Shown here in pieces: positions 1 through 11,410 of a DNA stretch of 64,000 bases. Source of the DNA: Antedon mediterranea (taxonomy: Eukaryota > Animalia > Echinodermata); contig NC_092678.1 of assembly GCF_964355755.1 (NCBI RefSeq), forward strand, positions 19,423,365-19,487,364. Reading direction: 5' to 3'. Position 1 is the stretch's first letter; every line of letters begins with the position of its first letter. Below the pieces are notes generated by a model. It saw nothing but the letters and a program-made list of their open reading frames with translations, searched no databases and was not told the DNA's origin. Made by a program: the position numbers and the translations under genes.

Positions 1-3000
1 CATTCTTCGGTTGTATGCATTTATTGAATTCCATTCCATGTCTCCATTTCATTGTGGGCTTGTTTGTGTCTATGATAATGAGATAAATGATAAATACTGT
101 TACATAGCCTATGATGATGGGAAGAGTTATATGCTAATTTTTATTTATGTTTACCACTATCAGCTTTAGCCTCTTTCCATGTTGTGCTTACAGTCCTAAT
201 CACGGCAATGCCATCTGTAACTTTATGTTCTTCCTCAAATCTGAGATATATATAATAATTTGAAACCAACAATGAATGTCATTCATTTTTAGTACTGTAA
301 AATTCAATTTTTTCCTTTTTAATTAAAGATACCGGTAGTAGTTAAAAACCATTTTAATAGTCTTAATATTCATGAATTATACATTTAAATCAGTTATTTA
401 GTCAACAATTTGAATCTTTCTTTAAAATACAAACTTAAAATTGAATTCTATTATCTATAGACAATTTGATGTCATTATAATTAGGTAGTACGTGCATGAA
501 TTTTGTAATGTCCATTTTACTGTCCAACTAGTACTTACATCTTTCCTAGACAAGCATTGATGAGGCATGTTTTACCCACTCCTTCCTGTCCCACCACCTT
601 AAGCATTCCAAGATTAACTTTGACGGATCCGCCTTTCAAAGCTTCATTGTATGCATCCTGAAATTCTAATTCACGAGCAGCAATATCAGATGAAATATCT
701 GAAAATTGAATTAAGATTTTAAAACGTTTTAAGTAAAGTAAGTTCAATCAAGCATACCAAATAAATCTACAAAAGATCCATTTAATTATTAAAGCCAGAC
801 CTTGATTTATAAATATAAGAGGAGAGCTCCTAATGGCTCTCCTCAATATGTTGAGGAGAGCCATTATTTTGATTAAGTATCCGAGGCACAGGCCCACCAT
901 GGTTGGGCCTGTGGCGAGCCAAATTTTGATAATTGACACCTCTAGATGGCCGGAAATGGTACTCTCGCACGTAAAATTCATCGTAGGTCATTTATTCTCT
1001 GAACGTAGTCCAACGATGTATTGTTATAATTATCTACGCGTTGATCGTAGGGTGGTTCGTAGGGTTAGTAAACACCATTGTCATCGCCTTTAGAAGCATG
1101 GACAATGCAAACAAACAATGTATTGTTTGCTAATTAAAATCCTATCTAAAGATAGTAGACGTCAATTTTTGTAGCCACCCTAGCTAGGCCTACGCATCGG
1201 TATCCTAATTTGGACGGAAATCCGCCGACGAGACGACATCGGGTCCGTGGACCTCAGCTCACGCAGAGAGAGAGTCGAGGCTATCTAGTCTAGTTTCGGC
1301 GGCCTACACTATAAATTATTTAATCCTACCTTGGGTTAGCGAATTATAAAAACAACGACACCTAGCCTAGGCTAGGACACCAACAAAATATATGCAAAAT
1401 AAAAATATATTCCATATTAATTACTATAAGATTTAACGTAAAGGCTTAAGCCTTTTAAAATGATTACGACATGTGTATAAGAAAAGGCCCGACCAGAATT
1501 TGGAGGGGAAAACATGTGAGCAGTATCAGAGAGTATTATGTTTCATGTCATGTGACACAAAATCCAGGTACAAGATCTTACGGTAATTACTGTTTATCGT
1601 CGGAAGCCACCCTCTCGTACTGAGTTTTAAAAAAACATGTGAGATGTTGCGGTAAAGCAGAGAGTATCGCGTTTCATGCCATGTGACCAAAAAAACTAGG
1701 TCTGTATAATTACGGTCTTCAGTCGGCAGTCTTTTTGAGCGACCGATTGAACGTTCTGATACTATATTTAGAATGAATTGTTTACGATATTTTTCTTGCA
1801 ACATCAAAGATTGTAGGCGCGCCTAGCCTATCTTGGGTAGCCATAACAAAGATCGTTGTATTCGGGGTTAATATTCTTATCATTATATATATTTTTATGA
1901 CGCACTGTAACAGGTTGGGGAGCGCTATTTTAGGCGCTCCTTTGATCGTTTTCAGGAGCGCCAAGGGGCGTCAGCGCCATGGCGCTCCTTTTAAATCAAG
2001 GTCTGTAAAGCCATTAAGGCTTTATTGTAATCTCCACACACAATCAAATGTTTTATTTATAGGAGAAATGTATATATAGTATATGTTATGTGAAACAAAA
2101 CTGAAACTAAACATTACAGTATTTTGGATGGAAACAATCAACTGTTTGTTTCATTTATGATAAATAAAATCTTGTTATCAGTTGCACCATAGAGATGTTC
2201 ACTATAATATCTCTATGGTTGCACACTTTGCCTTTTTACAGTACAACTCGGAAATAATTATTGTTTTAAACATTAGCATCTAATTCTCTTTTTACTGAAA
2301 TCCCATTTTAATTTTAAATACCATCATACAAATACAGCAGCTCTTTTGATTCTTAAACTCACCACTCTCTGGCTTAAGAAGTGTTGTTTTCTGTTCTTCA
2401 CTCGTCTGATTCTCAAATTGTCTTTGAAATTGCTCATCAACAGTACTGGGTAAATCTGAAAAATTACCCAAAACAAAATATTACATATTATATATTTTCA
2501 TTAAAAAAATATATTAAAATTCACAACTTTGCCAAACTTTTGAATTGTCAAATGGTATGTTAATTTTAATTTTCAATGGTATATGGTTATATAAGGCATG
2601 GTGAGGCTCTGTTCCGGTCCTACCAAAACACAACCAAAAAATACAGCAGGCCAACTATGTAAGAAGGATAATTCAGAAATATAAAATAGATTAATAAATA
2701 TAAAATAGATTACATTTAAAAAACCAACAAAACAATCTACATTTCATTTATGTGCAATTAATAAAGTTCAAATATTCCTTAAGAATGCGTGTGCCCTGTT
2801 GATCATGGCCTATACAGGATTTTTATTTATTTTTTTTTTTGCATGTCTTAACTCTTATTATAACTAGTTTATAGTGGGTCTACTATCGCAAGCCCCTTGG
2901 GGTTTCTTGGAGGTCCCTTTCATCTTCATTAAAAATGTGATACTCTTTATTTTTGCTATGTGTATTGTTGTCATGTATTGATGAATAAAGAGATTGATTT

Positions 3001-6000
3001 GATTTTTAAAATGATCTTCCATAAAAAAGTGTGGCCTAATTTAATCAATATTTTTGATTAAAAGGAATTTTCAATTTCCAAATCATAAATAATAAGGTTG
3101 TTCCATCTTTCGACATATCACAATTTCCATATAATACTATCCCAGTGGATTATTTAATCTATTGCCACCTGAACCTGTGAATCATATATCATAAAAGCTA
3201 ATTTTCTTGATCTGGACATTCTTCTTCACTTGGGATGGGAAATCAAATATTTATTGTTTGCAATGAAAGTAGTTCATCCTAAACTTGTAATAATTAAAAA
3301 ACTTCACTTACTTTTTAAGAAGTTTAAAATGTCATTTTTTATGTGGTGGTTTATTAACCTGTTATTTTTTAAAAGAGACACAGGTGTATTTCCTTCCTAT
3401 TAAAAAAATGTGTTTAGTTAGTAATAGTAGTTTTGAGAAATATTAATATACAATAAAATACACCTAGGTTTAAATTATGCATCACATACAGTACATACAG
3501 TATTATATCATGGCTCAAACATTTACCATCTATTGATTGGATGAAAAAGCATCACGTGACAACACATAGATTTACTATTTTTTAACATTGGCTGCGTTTT
3601 ACAAAATAGAAAAATGAGAAAAAATAGTAATTACTATTTGCTATTTAAATGACATTAACCTGTACATCCTGTATCCAAACCAAAACTTGAGAATTGTCAT
3701 TCATAGTCTAGCTTTCTTCAACATTGAAAGATCGAAAAGACAGATAAATTGAATACAAGTTTACTATAGAACAGTAGGTAGATGTGTTAAGATGTTTGAG
3801 CCATAATATAAAACAACAAATAGTTTTATCATAAACTGCCAAAACATATTTGGATACCATCCAGATACCAATGAAATAAACACACTACAACTGTCAATAG
3901 CAGACATTGGATATTAAAAAAAAAAAAAACTTGATAGAATGCTATGTGTAAACAGAGAAAAACAATTTTACTTGAGAATTCTATATCTGTACTGTAAGTC
4001 TGAATAAATAATACTGCTCTTTGAAGTAGTATAATGCTACTAAGACCCCATTTACACTTACGTTTGGGTCCTGGGCCAGTTGCAAATATTTACCTTTTAG
4101 GCCGGCCCCAGAGCGTTTACACTAGCAACGCAGATTACTGGTCGTAAATAATTTTATCGGAAGTACCATTGCATGCTAGGATACGAAGTACAGTTTGTTT
4201 ACATTTTTCTCTCTCGATCGTCAATTCAACTCTCCGCGCGAACCGACCGTTTTATATTTATACTGTATTGTTGTTTTTTGTCCCATTAAAAACAAAATGA
4301 ACCCCACTGTTTTATATATAACTAGCAATTATACCCGCCCCAGGGCGGGTTTCAAAATGAGTTTAAAGCCTTCTCAGTACATAACACCCGACGCCAGTAT
4401 CTCCGTATACGCACCAACCTCCACCCCTTAATAACACCCCACACTCTTTACAGTGAAGGACAAATTCAATTAAACTTTAGCTTCAAATTGAGAAGGCATA
4501 CATAGCTATGATAGGCCTATGGCTTAAGTACGTTGTAAACTGTGTAAATGAGTAGGTGTCATATTGGCTGATAATTAAAATATATAATGTTGATACTGCG
4601 GTGCCCCCGGCCTTCTTTCTCCTCTCACCAGTACAAATTATGTTAGCCATCACTTCCAACCCATAATCCCTCAGTGGCAGTTTTCAAATGTAGTTTTAAA
4701 CATTCCCAGTTTCGGTCATGTATCTAATTTAGATACTGCGGTCCCCCAGCCTTCTTTCTCCTCTCACCACCAGCCACAATCAACAAACCTTAACTCTTCC
4801 CCTAGACAGTTCAAATATAGTAACTTTTCCTAGTACAATTCCAAGCATATAGGCTACTTCATTACGCCAGTATTTTCGCTCTTCCTCCTCCCCCTACAAA
4901 CACACCCCAGATACACTGGGTGATGTGTTGAAGACGGTTCCAGTACAAATTATGTTATTATCACTCCCAACCCATAATCCCTCAGTGGCAGTTTTCAAAT
5001 GTAGTTTAAAACATTCCAAATACAGTTTCGGTCATGGTGATAGGCCTACATCCCCACCCCAAACTCCCAGCCGCTTTCCCAGGGATAATTAAATACTTTA
5101 ACATTTCCAAACACAATTCTGGTCTAAGCAAAATCCCCACTATCCCCTGAACCCCAACTCCCAAACCCCACTCTCCCACAATGGACGTTTTTTCCTTGGA
5201 GGCATGGTGTGTAGTTGTACACAGTAACAGTAAACAACGTGTGTATGTTCACACAGGAATGGATGTCTGTAATGAGACAATAACAAGAGACCGATACATA
5301 GCTGGATATGGTTAAAGTAGTTTGCTAAATATGTAATTGAATAGGTGTCATATGGGTTAATGATTGAAATATGTATATTATCTATATCTATATTTCCCCA
5401 AACACTTTCCTGAGGATAATTGAAATACTGTAAAACCTTTGTAGTATAATTTACAATTTGATAGCCTACAACCCAGAGCCCTAGCAAATATGACATCACA
5501 AACCACCACAACAAACCCCCCCCCCCCCCACCCCTCCCACAAAAACCCCAGGAGTCGGGGGAATTTTTTTAAATGTAGTTTAAAACCTTCCGGGTACAAT
5601 TGCCATCATGTTGATACCCCATACGTATGGTTACGTGCAGAAACAGACATTTGTATAACGAACAAACATCGAAAGTGGGGGTTTTGACCACATTTTGGTC
5701 CCTAACTTGGATCCTACGTAGGTGGCGGATGATGTTGAAATATAGCTTAGAACATTCTCGGTACAATTACGGTCATTTTGATACCCCATATGTAAGATTA
5801 TGTGCAGTAACAAAAATTTGTATAACGAACAAACAAACAGACAAACTCTCTCACTTATAATATAGATATGGCTATATTTTATGTATATGCGAAACAAGCG
5901 GAGGAATACTTTATTGAAAGAAGATGTCTGAAAATAAATTTAACTATATAATGAAGAAAACAAATTGCCGACCGAAAAAGAGGAAGGTATGTACTGAGAA

Positions 6001-8118
6001 TGTCGGATCGTCATAACAACAACCTCATAAAAAGGTCAAACGTTGTTCACGGTTCACTTCGTAAGCCGGCCCAAACGTAAAAGCCGCTCCTGTACCTACC
6101 TGGAGAGGTGGACCAGATCTGCGTCTAACTTTTTGGAGTATTTACACTTATCAATTGCCGACCCAGGGCCGGCCTAAATCGTAAGTGTAAATGGGGTCTA
6201 AGTTTGTAAATACTGATAACAAAATAATGTGAAATTGGATTTCCGTCAATGCAAAATATAGTAAAATTACTTACTGCTAAACAATCTATAGTAAATAATC
6301 TAAATTGTCACCACTGACAATGGAGAAACAAAACTAGAATGATTTACCACAGCAGATCTAGAGATTGGCTAGAGAAAGTTATAGGCATGATAATGCATAT
6401 AACCTAATTACTGCTAAAGAATTTGGTAAATAATCCTAATTGTCATTATTGATGAATGTGAACAAAATAGAATGGTTTATTTTACCACAGCAGATCTATA
6501 GAATGTTAGCCTATTATTACACTAGCAAATTCCTGTACATTACCTTATTTTGCAATGTTACTGAGGAACCCTGCTGTATGAGAAAAGTCACTATTTCTAA
6601 GGAAGCATCGTCAATCCTCAGATATTCATGTAATGGAGTGTTGCCATCCTGGAAAGGAATCATCATGGAGTTTATAAATACTGATAAGAGACATTATGTG
6701 AAATTGGTTTTTTTTGTCAATACACACAACAATTACTGCTAAATAATGTGGAAAATAATCCTAATTGTCATTACTGATAAATGAGAACAAAACAGATTGG
6801 TTTACCACAGCAGATCTACAGAATGTTAGCCTGTAGTGTTACATTTAACAAATCACTGTACAGTACCTTATTTTGCAATGTTACTGAGGAACCATGCTGT
6901 ATGAGAAAAGTCACTATATTTAAGTTATGGTGTTTATACATCCTCAGATATTGATGTAATGGAGTGTTGCCATCCTGGAAAGGAATCATAATCATGAAGT
7001 TTATAAATAATGATATAACAGACATTATGTAAAATTAAGTTTGTTTTTTTTTGTCAATACAAACAACAATTAATTTCTGCTAAATAATGTGGTAAAAATT
7101 GTCATTATTGATAAATGAGAACAAAATAGAATGGTTTATTTTACTGCAGCAGATCTATAGAATGTTAGCCTATTACACTAGCAAATCACTGTACAGTACC
7201 TTATTTTGCAATGTTACTGAGGAACTATGCTGTATGAGAAAAGTCACTATTTTTAAAATAGGATATTCACTACTCAGATATTCATGTAATACCATATTAC
7301 TTTGAATCATAACAACTATTTAGTTAATATTTTTATTTATTTGGTTTGTTTTAATCAACTTTGAATTTTGTTAATACCCTGTATGCTTACTTTTCTTTCT
7401 CATTGTAATATTTTTCACAGAATCTTGATGTGTTTCATTTAGATTGTGCTAAGTTTTGATTTATTTATTATATTATTATGTTTATTATGTTAGCCTAATG
7501 TGGTTGATCAGTACATGGAGGTTATATGATCAATGTGATATTGCAAAAGAATTGTAATTCATTATGTAAACTTTCATGAAAAGAATTTCTTTTTGTTAAT
7601 AAAAATGAAAATATATATTTTTTCATATACCTGATCGATAGAGTTCAGAAGACCTGGTTGTGTCGTACAAATGTGTTTAATTGTTTGCAAATCATCGACA
7701 GAGAAAGCAGATTGTAATTCATTCCTGTTAAAATGTAAGAAATAATGAATTATTAGATTATTTTATGAAATGACGATTGATGGAAATAATTTTGTCACCC
7801 GTGACGGCGGAGAAAATTTATACAGTAATTCAGTTTGCTTTTGTTTAATCCCGTCTCCTGTGTTTTGTTACTATGTATATGTTTTGACGAAAAAAATGAA
7901 ATGAACTGAATTTTATCATCATTATATTTCATGAGAATGGGCCTGTTAATTGTAATATTTATGATTTCATAATTTTATAAAAAAGTTTGAAAATTATTTT
8001 TTCTCAAAATAATATCTAGAAGTTTTTTCTTTTTTCGTTTAAACTATAAACTCTGATAGTAATAGAAGGTTAATTAATCTGTTTGATTTGAAATAAAATA
8101 AAAAACATACCATGCCAT
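1..8118 (-). CDS. Ankyrin-repeat + ROC (Ras of complex proteins) GTPase, Roco-like protein; 5' part only, continues beyond window start
   Basis: Phase-consistent GT-AG exons: 8111-8118 (ATG; MAW), 7631-7724 (NELQSAFSVDDLQTIKHICTTQPGLLNSIDQ), 6867-6974 and 6544-6648 (ankyrin, DGNTPLH...IVTFLIQxGSSVTLQNK), 3312-3396 (EGNTPVSLL capping repeat), 2363-2455 (linker), 539-698 (P-loop LKVVGQEGVGKTCLINA), 155-240 (FEEEHKVTDGI, ROC switch-I-like), 1-69 (open). A COR domain is not visible in the window. Confidence 0.8.
796..2005. mobile_element. Non-autonomous hAT-like DNA transposon with 6-bp TSD
   Basis: TIR CAGACCTTGATTTA / TAAATCAAGGTCTG; TAAAGC direct repeat at 790-795 and 2006-2011; subterminal palindromic GGAGAGC/GGAGCGC repeats. 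Confidence 0.75.
2188..2217. mobile_element. 30-bp CA...TG palindrome with 7-bp TSD (P-element-like footprint)
   Basis: GTTGCAC|CATAGAGAT...ATCTCTATG|GTTGCAC. Confidence 0.7.
3500..3830. mobile_element. Non-autonomous element with inverted repeats (possibly Crypton-like); related copy at ~21897-22365
   Basis: TATATCATGGCTCAAACAT at ~3504 is inverted at ~3792-3810; shares a TGATTGG...CACRTGA 5' motif with the 21897 copy. No clear TSD. Confidence 0.4.
4044..6198. mobile_element. PIF/Harbinger-like non-autonomous element containing a nested Helitron
   Basis: 19-bp perfect TIR GACCCCATTTACACTTACG / CGTAAGTGTAAATGGGGTC, flanked by TAA on both sides (4041-4043, 6199-6201). Confidence 0.8.
4322..5866 (-). 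mobile_element. Non-autonomous Helitron
   Basis: On the minus strand it begins A|TCTATATTATAAG with a GTTT microsatellite and ends ...CTAG|T. GC-rich hairpin ACCCGCCC-ca-GGGCGGGT at 4333-4350 just before the 3' end. Inserted between A and T with no TSD. Confidence 0.8.
6200..7295 (-). repeat. Tandem ~325-bp exon+intron duplication units carrying ankyrin exons
   Basis: Near-identical exon and intron sequence recurs: intron-only relic ~6200-6430, exons 6544-6648 and 6867-6974, and a 5'-truncated exon 7200-7290 lacking DGNTP and its splice acceptor. Confidence 0.9.
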
Positions 8119-9063
8119 TTTCAAAAAACAGTGTCTTCATCTAACAATTATTTATACCAAGCTTCTGCTTGGTGTAGTATAGTAGGTCTACACATTCTCT
8201 TCTGAAATATAAAAGGTAAACATTTAGTCTCCCCTAATAAACTATCTATCTAATTCATCTGTGGGCATTTGTTCAATTTCAATTTTTATTTTATAAGTTA
8301 TACCATATATAACATAAATGTTTCTGTTGTTTCTGATGCTGGCTCTTTTACTTTACCGTCTTAAATTGGTTTTTTTTGGTTATTTTATTTGTATCTACAT
8401 TGAGATCAAGCTTCTGATACCCACAGCATTGTCATTATTTCAGTAACTTGCCTTTTGATAATAATAGATGTTAAATTATTAGTTTAGAGCTACGTATCAA
8501 ATTGTCTTGTCTGTTAAATTTTCTCTAACTCTGTATCCTGAGGTTTTAACTGTGTAGGCTTTTGTGAGACCACACTTACAAATAATTTTCATATCTATAA
8601 TTTATGTTTTGAGGTTATTAACTGCATAGGCCTGTCAGCTTTTGTGAGACGAACCACACTTACAAAAAATTCATAATTTTTGTCAAAACAATACAATAAA
8701 TACTATTCATTTAGGGGGAAAATGGCAAAATCAGCACTGTGGTCATGTTACATGAGTTGTCAAACCAATGTAGACTAGCTAGCAGTTTAATTTCTTTTTC
8801 TGCCTTAATATGTGGTATACTTTACATGGGCAAGTATAATAATAATAAAAGCGCAATCTGATAAAAGTACTTTGACAAATTATTACAATAAAAACAAATT
8901 GTATCAAGAATAATATTCGGAACTATTTTACGGCCATTGATTTTGTTATAAATACATACATATATTATTACAAAAATGAAAGACGCTAAACAAAAATTGT
9001 GCGGTGTGAATTAGATGATGGGCGCAAACACTAGTAGAAATTGTATTAATGGTTTGTTTGTTC

Positions 9064-9365
9064 GTTATGGCAAAAGATATGGTACCGTATCTAGACTTCT
9101 AAAAACAAAGGTATGGTAATTATAGAGGGCGCTATGTAAGATAGATAAGGGGTGGGAGGTTTGATACTTGACGTCGTTTCTTTTAGTTTTTAATTTAAGA
9201 GATTATTTAGAGGGTTAGGTTTTTAATATTTAATAACGAGTTTTAATATTTAGGAAAGAGTTTTATATTTAGGTACGAGTTTTAGGAATGCAATTTATAA
9301 TTACTGTACCTTCCATTACAATAGTTTTAGAAATATGGATACAGTACCGTATCTTTAGCCACGGC
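9064..9365. mobile_element. MITE with imperfect ~35-bp TIRs
   Basis: GTTATGGCAAAAGATATGGTACCGTATC at the left end is inverted as GATACAGTACCGTATCTTTAGCCACGGC at the right; approximate TTGTTC direct repeat. Confidence 0.55.
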
Positions 9366-10199
9366 ATTGTTCCTGTTAGACAATTTGTTATCAGATACGG
9401 TAATCTTAAACCTTAGATTTAATATAATTAACATTGTATTCTAATGTTCAACAAGATAATAATAAAATAGAAAGCAGCAGTTTATCACTCTTTGTTGGTA
9501 CTATAGTCTATTATTACTGGCAGAGATGCCCTGCCATGTCTATAAAAGACTTTATTATTACCATTAAATTTGTTAATTAATGCTATATTTTACACACTGC
9601 ACCTACACATATTAGGCCTACTGTAATTAATATATTATATAGAGAATACGTCTGTCGTGTCTTTTATTATGCAACTAATTACGTATGGTTTTAGGATATT
9701 ATATATAGATAACATGCAGTTTTAAATCAATCTACCAGCCTACAGTAGAACTTTGATGTACAATGATAGATGTGAGAATAATAATGTATGGATGATAATA
9801 AAGGTGGACACGATTCTCAAAGTGGTAATCTGCACTGATATTTAAACATTTAGATTTACGAACGGCATATGAATGTGAGACACTGAGTTGCACTTACTTA
9901 ATTATTTACATTAAATGATTATTATAAATGAAGAAATAAAAGATATTCAAATTAAAATCTATAGTATCGCCGACGTATATACGTAAATTATATATGAATC
10001 AAACTGTCAAATTATAGAAAAGGTACTTTATTCGGAATTATTATGGATAAGCAAGCCTGTGAGCTACAGCGATTTTAATTACTTTTGCTTATCCTTGCTT
10101 TCTTATATTTCCACGTGTCTTGATTTGGTTACCTATGTTTTAAATGTATTTCGATTTTAAAGGCTAAATAAAGAATGAATGAATGAACATGATCTCATA

Positions 10200-11270
10200 A
10201 TCGCGTCGAGCATATACAGCTCATTGGTGGATCGTTTCACAAAAACACGTGCAGGAGGCCTATAGACGTTTCAAATGTATGGTTATTAGTAATATTAGAC
10301 GTCATCTTTACCTCGCCATGGACAACGGTCGTACGTGTTTTGTCCACGGTTTGACACACTAACAAGTGCGTGTTTTTTAAAAAGGGGAAAACCCCGTCAG
10401 CAAAATAACGTATTGTTAGAGGAAACAGCTGCACTATCATAGAAGGCGCATCTCCAATATGGCTTATTCGGGGGTTTATTTCAGTAACTTGCCTTTTAAA
10501 CATCCGCATATAATGATCATTTTACTAAAAACTATTTTAAACATTAGAAATAAAAATATATACATGTGATTTGCCTCAACAATAATCATTATACACTTAA
10601 TATTATCGTACATAACGGATAGAAATAAAAAATAAGGTGATCAAATAGTATGTTGTTAACGACATGGATATGATATAATCTGCCACAGTATGCATAAGTA
10701 TAAAAATGGATACTCTGGCTTTACGGGCTATATTATAAAATGTATTGTTTTTAAATAAATTGTTCTTTTTTACGTAATTGTTTGCATAATAAAAGACACG
10801 ACAGACGTATATTCTCTATATAATATATTAATTACAGTACATATAAATAGAGGTAAATTATTATATGCCTAATATAACATTATGCCTAATATAATATTTA
10901 AACGCGTTTCGAAATGGCCATTTTGAAAAGACACAGTCCTTCTCCGAGACCTGTGAAATACAACAACAAAAAATAATTTAATGATTGATAATAAATATTT
11001 ATTAACCAAGTAAAAAATATCAACATAAATAATCTAGTTCCTAAAAAATATCAATTAAATCTATATAAACGAAAAATGTATATCCCGCTCTAGCCTAGCA
11101 TGCATCCCACTCGATCCATACAAAATAGCGCGACCGATTTCAAAGGCGACCGATATAATCAAAAGTATAGCTCTAGCGGCGCGCCATACAAAATACCGGA
11201 AGTTGATTTTATCGCGACCGATTTCAAACGCGACCGATTTCAAGCGCGACCGATTTCATCTGACAGTGAC
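10200..11270. mobile_element. Diverged fragment related to the 16271-19494 foldback-like elements
   Basis: 10365-10530 aligns by eye to 17078-17235; the CGCGACCGATTT repeats at 11129-11257 match 17903-17916 inverted. Confidence 0.5.
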
Positions 11271-11410
11271 ACCATGAATAGCAGCATGATAGCAGATGAG
11301 TCAGGCCTACCTACTAACTTAACTAGGCCTAGCTAGGCTAGGCCAAGCCCTAGCAAGGTCTGGCCATAGCTAGGCCTACTACTACTAACTAGGTAGGCCT
11401 ACTACTCCTA

